Shown in pieces: positions 17,525-26,771 of a stretch of DNA of 64,000 bases (the stretch's first letter is position 1; every line of letters begins with the position of its first letter). Both the position numbers and the translations under genes were made by a program. Below the pieces are notes generated by a model that was not told the DNA's origin, did no database searches, and worked only from the letters and a program-made list of their open reading frames with translations. Source of the stretch: an uncultured bacterium (GTDB taxonomy: Bacteria; Oederibacteriota; JAAXVQ01; JAUVAV01); contig CAVQBK010000003.1 of NCBI GenBank assembly GCA_963710755.1, forward strand, positions 1,184,001 through 1,248,000, given 5' to 3'.

Positions 17525-17962
17525 TTGTTCCTAGGAACCTATGAACATAATTTGGACGAAAAAGGCCGGCTCTCCATTCCCTCCCGTTTTCGCGAGGTCA
17601 TGGCAGAAAAACAAGTTCCTGAACGGTTGATTATAACCCAGGGGCTTGATGCCTGCCTTTTTGGTTATACATTGGACGAGTGGAAGGCTTTTGAAACCAA
17701 GGTTATCAATCGTCCCCTCAATCGTGGAGATGATCGTTATTTTGTGCGCCGCATGTTTGCAGGCGCCGTGGACTGCAGCTTGGATAAACAAGGCAGAATT
17801 ATGCTGCCTTCCAATTTAAGAACTTATGCCGCCCTGTCCAAGGAAGCCGTGGTGGTGGGTGTTTCCAACCGCATTGAAATATGGTCGCCCGAAAGGTGGG
17901 AGCAGTACCTTTCCTCCGGGAAATCTTTAGAGGATATTGCGGAACAGTTGCAGGACCTTTAA
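17525..17962 (+). CDS. mraZ: Division/cell wall cluster transcriptional repressor MraZ
   Basis: MFLGTYEHNLDEKGRLSIP, second DKQGRI repeat, GV.NRIEIW; TTG start. Confidence 0.96.
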   Translation: MFLGTYEHNLDEKGRLSIPSRFREVMAEKQVPERLIITQGLDACLFGYTLDEWKAFETKVINRPLNRGDDRYFVRRMFAGAVDCSLDKQGRIMLPSNLRTYAALSKEAVVVGVSNRIEIWSPERWEQYLSSGKSLEDIAEQLQDL

Positions 17963-17995
17963 TACGGGCCGCCGGCCCAAACCGAGAAAGGGGGT

Positions 17996-18361
17996 GTGCA
18001 GCAAGTGGCCATGAAATTCAAACATAACGGTGATGTCACCATTATCAATATTTTGGGTGATGTTGACATGGAAGAAGTTGTTCAGCTTCGCAATGCTATC
18101 TCCACCATGGTGCATGAGGAGCATTATCAACTGGTGCTTGACCTATCCAAGGTCCAACACATCAATGCCACAGGCTTGGGTATCATGGCGGAAAGTTTAA
18201 AAAAACTGCGCGCTGTGCACGGAGATCTTCGCCTCGCCCATCTTAACCCTTATATACAACAAGTATTCAACTTGACCGACATGACGCGACATTTTCGCAT
18301 TTATGCCCGACGCCAGGATGCCATCCAAAGCTACCATGCCTTGACTTACGCTGCCGCGTGA
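17996..18361 (+). CDS. STAS-domain anti-sigma-factor antagonist-like protein
   Basis: GDVDM, LVLDLSKVQHINATGLG, GDLRL, I.QVF.LT; stop overlaps the rsmH start (GTGA). Confidence 0.8.
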   Translation: MQQVAMKFKHNGDVTIINILGDVDMEEVVQLRNAISTMVHEEHYQLVLDLSKVQHINATGLGIMAESLKKLRAVHGDLRLAHLNPYIQQVFNLTDMTRHFRIYARRQDAIQSYHALTYAAA

Positions 18362-19248
18362 GGTTGATGCGACACCAACCGGTTTTATTAAAAGAGACCA
18401 TCCAATTATTGGCACCGGAAAGCCAAGGCTGGTGGATCGATGCCACTGTGGGTGGTGGTGGCCACACCGAAGCGCTGCTCCAAGCCACCGCCCCAGCAGG
18501 CAAGGTTCTGGGTATTGACCGGGACAAAGGTGTGTTGACTCAAACCGCGAAACGTCTGGCTTCGTATGGATCGCGGCTGATTTTGGCTCACGGCAATTAC
18601 TGTGATATGGAAAAAATAGCTTATGACCATGGCGTATCTTCGGTCAAAGGCATTTTGATGGATTTGGGGGTTTCATCTTTTCAACTGGAGGAGCAGACGC
18701 GGGGATTTTCGTTTCAACACAACGGGCCGTTGGATATGCGCATGGACCAGTCCCAGCCCATTACAGCGGAGAGCATCATTAATCATGCTGATGAAAAAAC
18801 CCTGGCCGATCTATTTTATACCTACGGCGAGGAGCGACGTTCCCGGCAATTGGCGCATCTGATTGTGCGCCACCGGCCGCTCAACGATACAGCCGAGCTG
18901 GCCGCCCTGGCCAAAAGAGCTGTAGGTCCAAGCGGCAAAATACATCCGGCTACCAGAGCGTTCCAAGCCTTGCGTATAGCCGTTAACGATGAATTGGGCT
19001 CCCTGGAAAAGGGGCTGGTCGCGGCGGAAAAGATGATCACAGTGGGTGGACATTTGGTAGTGATTTCCTTTCACTCGCTGGAGGATAGAATCGTCAAGCA
19101 ATGGTTGCGCCGTCCGGCATGGGAAAGAACCATTAAAAAAATAGTCCTGCCCAGCGATGAAGAACTTATGCAAAATCCGCGTGCCCGCAGTGCCAAATGC
19201 CGGGCCGCTAAACGAATCGAAATGGTGGAACACACCAAGGGCAGGTAA
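18358..19248 (+). CDS. rsmH: 16S rRNA (cytosine1402-N4)-methyltransferase
   Basis: H.PVLL.E, DAT.G.GGH, DLGVSS.QL, RGFSF..GPLDMRM, HPATR.FQALRI.VN.EL, ISFHSLEDRIVK, NPRARSAK. Confidence 0.97.
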   Translation: MRLMRHQPVLLKETIQLLAPESQGWWIDATVGGGGHTEALLQATAPAGKVLGIDRDKGVLTQTAKRLASYGSRLILAHGNYCDMEKIAYDHGVSSVKGILMDLGVSSFQLEEQTRGFSFQHNGPLDMRMDQSQPITAESIINHADEKTLADLFYTYGEERRSRQLAHLIVRHRPLNDTAELAALAKRAVGPSGKIHPATRAFQALRIAVNDELGSLEKGLVAAEKMITVGGHLVVISFHSLEDRIVKQWLRRPAWERTIKKIVLPSDEELMQNPRARSAKCRAAKRIEMVEHTKGR

Positions 19249-19302
19249 TACCGGCACCTATTAGGAACAGCAAGTCAGCATGTCAGACTAAAGAAGGTCA
19301 GC

Positions 19303-19746
19303 ATGGCGGGGAACAGCTTAACCGGGAAATTGGACAAGGATTTTGTCACCATCTATTTTATGGCAGGACAAAAAACGGACCGGAAAATTGCCGTGCGCCG
19401 GCTCCCCCTGATTCTGGGTATTTTGGGTATGCTCTTTGCCGTGATTTTTTTAAGGGTCTGGCAGGAAATGCAGGTGGTTAAATTAGGTTACCACCTTAAT
19501 CAGATCAAGGTGCAGGTCAATCAAGCCTTGGACGAACAACGCATTTTACTCAGTCAACGCAATAGCCTTGCCAGTTTGGAAAGAATCGAATATATTGCGC
19601 GCCAAGAAATGGGATTGATAACACCAGTGGGGGAACAACTTATATTTTTAAGCGATCCGGCCATGGACGAAAAGCATCATCCTTGGGATCTGTGGCAATG
19701 GCTGAGCCGGTTGTTGCCGGAAACGACCATGAGCAGGGGCAAATAA
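19303..19746 (+). CDS. ftsL: Cell division protein FtsL
   Basis: Single TM, coiled coil, L.RIE.IAR..MG; position between rsmH and ftsI. Confidence 0.8.
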   Translation: MAGNSLTGKLDKDFVTIYFMAGQKTDRKIAVRRLPLILGILGMLFAVIFLRVWQEMQVVKLGYHLNQIKVQVNQALDEQRILLSQRNSLASLERIEYIARQEMGLITPVGEQLIFLSDPAMDEKHHPWDLWQWLSRLLPETTMSRGK

Positions 19747-19808
19747 TAATTTGCCCCTGCAGGGGAACAGTGTCGTCGGCGACCAGGCAGGGTATTGAAA
19801 AAAACGTT

Positions 19809-19839
19809 GCAGGGAACAGTCCCGACCGTTGTTCCCTGC
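19809..19839. repeat. REP-like palindrome (G[CT]AGGG...CCCT[GA]C family)
   Basis: GCAGGGAACA-N11-TGTTCCCTGC; similar palindromes at 51827-51854 and 62809-62836. Confidence 0.5.
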
Positions 19840-19864
19840 CGGCGTCGTAAAAGGAGGCTGGTGG

Positions 19865-22027
19865 GTGAAAGGCGCCAAGCGGGAACCACAAGCGAATATC
19901 ATTGATCGCCGCATGCCTTTGCTGCTGACGGGTATGGTGGTGCTTTTTGTGGTTTTGACCTTCCGGCTTTTTTTTATTCAAATTATACAGCACCAGCACT
20001 TGACGACCTTGGCTTTGAAACAGCAGGAAAGGACCGTCCAGATTCAGCCGGCGCGGGGCAATATCTATGACCGCCATGGCCAGCCCTTGGCCCTCAATCG
20101 TCATGTCACCAGTTTTTTTGCCGTGCCGGCTGAGGTGAGCCGGCCGGTGCAAACCGCCAGGCAACTGGGCGCCTTATTGGGGATTTCTCCGCAACGATTG
20201 TCAAGACGGTTTAAGAGTAAAAAAGCTTTTGTTTGGATTAAACGCAAGGTCTCTGATGATGTGGCCGCACGGGTGGAAAAATTAAATTGTCCGGGCATTA
20301 AAAGCCTGCAAGAAACCAAACGGGTTTATCCGGAAGGTTCCCTGGCCAGTCATGTATTGGGTTTTGTAGGTCTCGATAACCAGGGCTTGGCGGGCATTGA
20401 GCTGACCTATGACCGCATGATCCGTGGAGAACAGGGATGGGTACGGATCAACCGGGATGCCAAAGGCCGTCAAGTACCGGCCTCGGCGCGTATCTACAAG
20501 GCCCCGGAACCGGGTAAGGATATCTATTTAACCATCGACAAGGTGGTACAGCATATTGCTGAAGAAGCCCTGGCGCAGGGGATGGAAAAATGCCAGGCCC
20601 AACACGGGTCGGTGGTGGTGATCAATCCCACGACCGGCGAAATACTGGCCATGGCCAATAAACCGGATTTTGATCCCAACCGGTTCAATCAATTTTCTGC
20701 GGCCGCGCGCCGCAACCGGGCCATCACGGATGTTTATGAACCGGGTTCCACGTTTAAGATCGTGACGGCTTCCGCTGCTTTGGAAGAAGGGGTGCTGCGG
20801 GAGAATTCCATTATCGATTGCGGTGAAGGCAAGGGTGTTTTTCATGGCACCATAATCCGTGACCATGAACCTCACGGCAAACTGACTTTCCGTGATGTCA
20901 TTGTTTTTTCCAGCAATGTGGGAGCGGTTAAAATCGGCATGCGCTTAGGCGGAGATAAGCTATTTAGTTACACCCGCCATTTTGGGTTCGGCAAGCCTAC
21001 TGGTGTTGAATTGCCCGGTGAGGCGCAAGGCTTGCTGCAACCGCTCAAAGCTTGGAAAACCTGGAAAGCTATTTCCACACCTTTTGGCCAGGGCGTGGCG
21101 GTCACGACGCTGCAGATGGCCATGGCTGTGGCCGCGGTGGCCAACAATGGCCGGTTAATGCGGCCGCGGTTGGTGGAAGAAATCCGGAACGGCGATGGGT
21201 TGGTGGTGTTGAAGTCCAAACCCGAAGCTAGACGTCAGGTGATTTCGGCGGCCACGGCCCGGAAAGTACGCAGCTTTTTATACGACGTGGTGCAGCGGGG
21301 CACAGGTGAGGATGCAGCCATACCCCTTTATCAGGTAGCCGGTAAAACCGGTACGGCCCAGAAGCCCAGAAAAAATGGCCGCGGTTATGATCCGGTTTAT
21401 CATGTGGGCTCTTTTATTGGTTTTTTTCCGGCGGACCATCCCCAGGTATTGGTTTCGGTGGTGATCGATTCACCTAAAACCGTGCAATGGGGCGGGTTGG
21501 TGGCGGGTCCCATCTTTAAGCATGTGGGAGAGCAGGTGTTGGCCTATTTAGGCATTCCGCCGGGACCTGAAAAAGTGGTAACACTGGCCGCCACCCATGC
21601 ACCTTTAGCGGGGGAGAAAGTGGCGGGCTTAAAGGCCGTGCCGGACTGCAGGTTTCAATCCCTTAGTGCCTCGAAGAGAAAATTGACCGGCCAAGGATTT
21701 AAGGTGATTGCTTTGGGCCAAGGTCAACAAGTGGCACGACAACGGCCAGGCGCAGGGGCTTTAATCAATCCCCATTCACCGGTCATTTTATACCTGACCA
21801 AAGATGAGCAAACTGTGGCACCGCCCACGGCGTTTAAGCAAGTGGTCATGCCTAATTTAAATGGACAAAGCATGCGCGATGCCATTCAGATCATGGCCGC
21901 CTATGGCCTGAAAGCCCGGATAACCGGCAGTGGTGTAGTGGAATCGCAAAAACCACTGGCCTATGCCAAGGTCAGTCTGGGCGAGGCTTGTATTATCAAT
22001 TGTCAAGATCCAGAAAAGGTGGAATAA
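19865..22027 (+). CDS. ftsI: Class B penicillin-binding protein FtsI with C-terminal PASTA domains
   Basis: RG.IYDR.G, YEPGSTFK (SxxK), SSNVG (SxN), KTGTAQ (KTG), two PASTA-like repeats (VPD.., VMPNL.G); AAGGAGG RBS before the GTG at 19865. Confidence 0.92.
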   Translation: MKGAKREPQANIIDRRMPLLLTGMVVLFVVLTFRLFFIQIIQHQHLTTLALKQQERTVQIQPARGNIYDRHGQPLALNRHVTSFFAVPAEVSRPVQTARQLGALLGISPQRLSRRFKSKKAFVWIKRKVSDDVAARVEKLNCPGIKSLQETKRVYPEGSLASHVLGFVGLDNQGLAGIELTYDRMIRGEQGWVRINRDAKGRQVPASARIYKAPEPGKDIYLTIDKVVQHIAEEALAQGMEKCQAQHGSVVVINPTTGEILAMANKPDFDPNRFNQFSAAARRNRAITDVYEPGSTFKIVTASAALEEGVLRENSIIDCGEGKGVFHGTIIRDHEPHGKLTFRDVIVFSSNVGAVKIGMRLGGDKLFSYTRHFGFGKPTGVELPGEAQGLLQPLKAWKTWKAISTPFGQGVAVTTLQMAMAVAAVANNGRLMRPRLVEEIRNGDGLVVLKSKPEARRQVISAATARKVRSFLYDVVQRGTGEDAAIPLYQVAGKTGTAQKPRKNGRGYDPVYHVGSFIGFFPADHPQVLVSVVIDSPKTVQWGGLVAGPIFKHVGEQVLAYLGIPPGPEKVVTLAATHAPLAGEKVAGLKAVPDCRFQSLSASKRKLTGQGFKVIALGQGQQVARQRPGAGALINPHSPVILYLTKDEQTVAPPTAFKQVVMPNLNGQSMRDAIQIMAAYGLKARITGSGVVESQKPLAYAKVSLGEACIINCQDPEKVE

Positions 22028-23565
22028 TGCAAATTCCCGTATCCCTGATAGCGGCCAGCATTGAGGGCGCCCTGTTGCAAGGCAAACGGCCTATGTTAAT
22101 TAGGCGTTTAATTGCCGACTCCCGTCAAATAAAATCCGGTGATCTTTTTGTATGTCTGCACGGCCAGCATCATGATGGTCATCAATATATTGACGAGGCC
22201 ATCCGCAGGGGGGCCTCGGCCATTTTGTTGGAACGACCCATCACCCATCCCAATCTGGATAACCTGGCCGTTATCAAGGTGGGCGACGTAAACCAAGTTA
22301 TTAAAAAACTGGCGCCCCGTTTCTATAATTATCCTTCTCAGCAGCTTCGCTTGGTCGGGGTGACCGGCACCAATGGCAAAACCAGCATTACCCACATGGT
22401 GCGCGCCATCTGGGAAAGCCATCTCAAAGGCAAACGTAAAATTAGCCGGGTGGGCATTATCGGTACCATCCAACATGACATTGCCGGTGTTATCGTACCG
22501 GCTGCCAATACCACACCCATGGCCTGGGATATTCAGCGTCTTTTGGGTGATATGGTGGAACGCAAATGCCAGCTGGCGGTTATGGAAGTATCTTCCCACG
22601 CCTTGATGGAGAATCGGGTGCAGGACTGTGATTTTGATATTGCTGTTTTTACCAACTTGACCCGTGAACATCTCGATTACCACGGTACCATGGACCACTA
22701 TGCTGCCGCCAAACGGCGTCTGTTTACTCACTTGGTCGAACCGGGACAATCTAAAAAAGATAAACTGGCCGTGGTCAACGGCGACGATCCCTATGGACCG
22801 CGCATGGCCAAAGCCGCCAAGGGTGCCCGCATCGTTACCTATGGATTTGATCCGGGGTGCGATCTGACGGCCCAAAAGGCAGTGGTCAGTATGAAGGGGA
22901 CGTCTTTTGAGCTGCAAGCAGGCAAGGACAAAGTACCTGTACAGTTGAAACTCATTGGCCGGCACAATATTTACAATGCCTTGGCCGCGGCGGCGGTGGG
23001 CCTGGGGTTGGGCGTCAAACTACCGGCCATTAAAAAAGGTCTGGAAAGCGTAACCGTTATTCCGGGTCGCATGGAACCTATTACCACTACCCAACGGTTT
23101 TTAGTGCTCGTTGATTATGCTCACACACCGGATGCCTTGAAACAAGTGCTGACGACTTGCCGGGAACTAACCAATAAAAAATTGACCGTGGTCTTTGGTT
23201 GTGGTGGTGACCGCGATGCCAGTAAACGCGGCCCCATGGGCGCCATTGCTGCCGGACTGGCGGATCGGATCACGATCACCAACGACAATCCCCGCCAGGA
23301 AGACCCGGAAGTTATCATCAAGCAGATTCTGGACGGTATCCCCAGGGACAGGGTCGCGGAGCTGAAAGCTGTGCAGGCTTTGGTCGTGGAACCTGACCGG
23401 GCTAAAGCCATTGCCCGGGCGGTAAAGAGCGCCCAATCGGGAGATGTGGTCCTTATCGCCGGCAAAGGTCACGAGTCCTACCAACTATTAAAGGACAAGG
23501 TTATAGAGATGGATGATCGCAAGCTTGCTAAAAAAGCCTTGGGCACCAGACGGCGTTCCCAATGA
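22027..23565 (+). CDS. murE: UDP-MurNAc-tripeptide synthetase (meso-DAP type)
   Basis: GVTGTNGKTS, MEVSSH, TNLTREHLDYH, DYAHTPDA, DNPR motif, AGKGHE; ATG overlaps the ftsI stop. Confidence 0.96.
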   Translation: MQIPVSLIAASIEGALLQGKRPMLIRRLIADSRQIKSGDLFVCLHGQHHDGHQYIDEAIRRGASAILLERPITHPNLDNLAVIKVGDVNQVIKKLAPRFYNYPSQQLRLVGVTGTNGKTSITHMVRAIWESHLKGKRKISRVGIIGTIQHDIAGVIVPAANTTPMAWDIQRLLGDMVERKCQLAVMEVSSHALMENRVQDCDFDIAVFTNLTREHLDYHGTMDHYAAAKRRLFTHLVEPGQSKKDKLAVVNGDDPYGPRMAKAAKGARIVTYGFDPGCDLTAQKAVVSMKGTSFELQAGKDKVPVQLKLIGRHNIYNALAAAAVGLGLGVKLPAIKKGLESVTVIPGRMEPITTTQRFLVLVDYAHTPDALKQVLTTCRELTNKKLTVVFGCGGDRDASKRGPMGAIAAGLADRITITNDNPRQEDPEVIIKQILDGIPRDRVAELKAVQALVVEPDRAKAIARAVKSAQSGDVVLIAGKGHESYQLLKDKVIEMDDRKLAKKALGTRRRSQ

Positions 23566-24935
23566 ATCCTCTACGTCTTGACGCCATTGCCACCGTTGTC
23601 AGCGGCCGCCTGGTCCAGGCCAATGGCCAAACCAGGGTCGAGGATGTGGTGATTGATTCCAGGATGGCCGGTGCGGGATCTTTGTTTGTGGCCCTGCCAG
23701 GCAAACGAGTATCAGGCCGTGATTTTGCCCTTCGCGCTGTGGCGCAGGGGGCAGTCGCCGTCATGGTGGATCAGGTGATAGCCGGGTGTCCCTGCCTGGT
23801 GGTGAAAGATCCCAGGGTTGCACTGGGGCAGTTGGCCAAACACTATCGCAGTCTGCTGAAACGCGTAAAGGTAACAGCCGTCACCGGCAGCAGCGGCAAG
23901 ACGACCGTAAAGGAAATGATCGCCCGGATTTTAAGCAGCCGCACGTCCGTGATGATGAGCCAGGGTAATTACAATAATGATTTGGGCCTGCCCCTGAGCG
24001 TGTTAACCCTGGGGGCCCAACACCGGCGGGCAGTACTGGAGTTGGGGATGAATGCGCCGGGGGAAATTACGGCTCTGGCCAAAATCGCTCAACCGCAAGT
24101 AGCCGTGATTACCAATATTGGTGAAGCTCATATCGGTGGTTTTAAGAATCAACGGGCTTTGGCCAGAGCCAAATTGGAATTGCTGCAGGCGCTGCCATCG
24201 GGCGGTACGGCCGTGCTCAATGCTGATGATCCCTATTTGCGGCCTTGGCTGAAAAAAAGGCCGGTCCTCAGTTTTGGCATGACCTCTGACGCAGACGTGG
24301 TCATTCTCAAAGCCGGCGTGCATTGGAGCGGTACGACGGTGGTTTTAAGGCATGGAAAAAAGCAAGCCACCCTCAAACTTAAAACGTTGGGAGTCCATCA
24401 TGCCTGGAATGCCGCCGCTGCCGTAGCTGCAGCCATGGCCAATGGGGTGGGATTTTTGCCGGCGGCGCAGGCGCTGCATGGGTTTCGACCACAAGCCCGG
24501 ATGCGAACCCAATTAATAAGCTGTGGCCGCATTCAGTTGATCAACGATGCTTATAATTGCAATCCCCAGTCAGCAGCCGCAGCAGTGAATTTGTTGGCGG
24601 AATTGCCGGCCAAGGGACGTAAGATGATCATTCTGGGCGATATGCTGGAATTGGGCGATCAGAGCAGGTCCAGTCATGACCAGTTGGGCAAACTCATCGC
24701 CGCAGCCAAGGGGGACATTTTTATAGGTATCGGCCGGGCGGTTAGAGACGCCGTCGTGGCCGCCAAGAAAGCCGGGCAAAAAGAATGTCACCATTTTAAA
24801 ACAGTGCCGGAAGGCGAAGCTTATTTAAAAACCCTGCCGGCCCAGGATCTGGTGGTCTTGTTAAAAGGATCACGGGCCATGGGGCTGGAAGCCCTGGTGC
24901 CCGGCCTTAAACGGCTGGGCCAAAAGTGGAGGTGA
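23562..24935 (+). CDS. murF: UDP-MurNAc-tripeptide--D-Ala-D-Ala ligase
   Basis: TGSSGKTTVKEM, GNYNNDLGLP, ELGMN..GEI, NDAYNCNP, LGDMLELG, LLKGSR. Confidence 0.95.
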   Translation: MNPLRLDAIATVVSGRLVQANGQTRVEDVVIDSRMAGAGSLFVALPGKRVSGRDFALRAVAQGAVAVMVDQVIAGCPCLVVKDPRVALGQLAKHYRSLLKRVKVTAVTGSSGKTTVKEMIARILSSRTSVMMSQGNYNNDLGLPLSVLTLGAQHRRAVLELGMNAPGEITALAKIAQPQVAVITNIGEAHIGGFKNQRALARAKLELLQALPSGGTAVLNADDPYLRPWLKKRPVLSFGMTSDADVVILKAGVHWSGTTVVLRHGKKQATLKLKTLGVHHAWNAAAAVAAAMANGVGFLPAAQALHGFRPQARMRTQLISCGRIQLINDAYNCNPQSAAAAVNLLAELPAKGRKMIILGDMLELGDQSRSSHDQLGKLIAAAKGDIFIGIGRAVRDAVVAAKKAGQKECHHFKTVPEGEAYLKTLPAQDLVVLLKGSRAMGLEALVPGLKRLGQKWR

Positions 24936-24937
24936 GA

Positions 24938-25147
24938 CCTGTTAAGTATTGAATGTTGAATGGGGGGATATCGACGACAAGGCCTACTAACATTAACAAC
25001 GACTAACGTTAGCTTTAGACATCCACACCTTCGTTACCTACGACCTTTAACCGCGATACCGACAACGCCCGCGACCTTACTCTCGCTGCTTGCCATTCCC
25101 ACGACTCCACCAATATCGATACTGTTCAACATTCAATAGTTAACAGG
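24938..25147. mobile_element. 210 bp MITE-like insertion with 23 bp terminal inverted repeats
   Basis: CCTGTTAAGTATTGAATGTTGAA (24938-24960) and TTCAACATTCAATAGTTAACAGG (25125-25147) match at 22/23 positions; the interior is a C/A-rich degenerate hexamer array. Confidence 0.65.
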
Positions 25148-25346
25148 ACCACAGCGGCCGGGCATTTGGATGCCGTCATGCAAGGCTGAGCAAATGAAGT
25201 AAATGGGCCGCTACGCAGCGACCCATGTTTACAAAATTTATTCCATTTGGGCGATTGAGCATTTAGCGGCTTTATTTACTCAATGTGCTCAATTTGTCTG
25301 AAACTCGAGCAACTCATGGCTCAAGTTTCAAAGGGGGACAAGGCTT

Positions 25347-26432
25347 GTGCTTTATTATTTGTTTTATCCCTGGGCGGATCACTGGACCGTGTTCAATGTT
25401 TTCCGTTACATCACCTTTCGCTCGGTCTATGCGGCCCTGACGGCGTTTTTATTGTGTCTTTTTATTGGCCCTAAGCTAATCGCCATGCTGCGGCGCTATA
25501 AAATTGGCCAGACCATTCGCAGCGACGGGCCTGATGGACACCATAAAAAAGCCGGCACGCCTACTATGGGCGGTCTGATCATCCTGAGTGCTATTTTGAT
25601 CAGCGTTGGGCTTTGGGCCAGGTGGGATCAACCGGCACTGTGGATCGCCTCGGTGTCGCTGCTATGGTTCGGGTTGGTAGGGTTTTGGGATGATTATCTC
25701 AAATTGGTGCGCAAACAATCGGAGGGGCTGATTGCCAGAACGAAATTTTTACTACAGGTTATCGGGAGTATGGTCATCATGCTTTGGATTCTGCAAGCCG
25801 GCAGCGGTTGGGATCAGTTGGCGGCCATAAATATTCCCTTCTTAAAAGGCCCGCTGCAAATGCCGCTGTGGTTGTATATCCCCCTGGGCATGGTGGTGAT
25901 TGTGGGTGCCAGCAATGGGGTCAATCTTACGGACGGTCTGGACGGCTTGGCCATCGGCTCTTTGGCCATGGTGGGGGCTACTTTTGTACTGGTGTGTTAT
26001 GTGGTAACCAATGTCAACTTTGCCAATTACCTGAAAATCATTTTTATTCCAGGCGGCGGGGAGCTGACGGTTTTTTGCAGCGCCATGGTGGGCAGTGCTC
26101 TTGGTTTTTTATGGTTCAATTCCCATCCGGCGGAAATTTTTATGGGCGATACCGGTTCGTTGGCCTTGGGCGGCGTCCTGGGCACCATTGCCGTCCTGAT
26201 CAAACACGAAGTGCTGCTGTTTGTGGTAGGCGGTGTGTTCGTGGCGGAAGTGGTTTCGGTGATTCTTCAGGTCGGCAGTTTTAAATTGACGGGCAAACGT
26301 GTTTTTTTGATGGCCCCGCTGCATCATCATTTTGAACTCAAGGGTTGGTCGGAACAAAAAGTGGTGATACGTTTCTGGATTATTGCCATCATGTTGGCGG
26401 TCATCAGTTTGAGTACCTTGAAGTTGCGTTAG
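25347..26432 (+). CDS. mraY: Phospho-N-acetylmuramoyl-pentapeptide transferase
   Basis: YITFR, GTPTMGG, GF.DDY, N.VNLTDGLDGL, FMGDTGSL, MAPLHHHFE. Confidence 0.97.
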   Translation: MLYYLFYPWADHWTVFNVFRYITFRSVYAALTAFLLCLFIGPKLIAMLRRYKIGQTIRSDGPDGHHKKAGTPTMGGLIILSAILISVGLWARWDQPALWIASVSLLWFGLVGFWDDYLKLVRKQSEGLIARTKFLLQVIGSMVIMLWILQAGSGWDQLAAINIPFLKGPLQMPLWLYIPLGMVVIVGASNGVNLTDGLDGLAIGSLAMVGATFVLVCYVVTNVNFANYLKIIFIPGGGELTVFCSAMVGSALGFLWFNSHPAEIFMGDTGSLALGGVLGTIAVLIKHEVLLFVVGGVFVAEVVSVILQVGSFKLTGKRVFLMAPLHHHFELKGWSEQKVVIRFWIIAIMLAVISLSTLKLR

Positions 26433-26771
26433 AGTATTTAAAAGCTAGATCTGTCCATATTATGTAGATAAAGTTCTTGATTTGTTCCCCCTGGGGAAGG
26501 GGTTGGGGGATTTTCGAAGTGGTCCATGTGGCCTATCCAAGCGATGCTAGTTAATAGCATCAGATGGTGCCATCATCCGAAAATTCTTCTCTAATCCTCC
26601 TTTCCAAGCAGGACGAGCGGTGATTGTCCGTTACAGGAGTGTATCAATCATAAGGCCGCTGTTGTTTAATCCGGCTTGGCCGGGTTAGCAAAATGCGGCA
26701 GGGTTCCCCAGGCGGAACCTTTACAGAAAAATGGATCCATTTCCGGCAAGTCCGGTTTAAGAAAGGCAGTC

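Noticed and set aside
24961-25124. CRISPR-like or DGR template-like array
   Set aside because: No constant 25-40 bp repeat with spacers, no cas or reverse transcriptase gene, and no matching variable region was seen.
26480-26620. Purine/pyrimidine-rich palindromic patches between mraY and murD as an ncRNA
   Set aside because: They look like a decayed CCCCCT..AGGGG intergenic repeat, too degenerate to delimit or assign.
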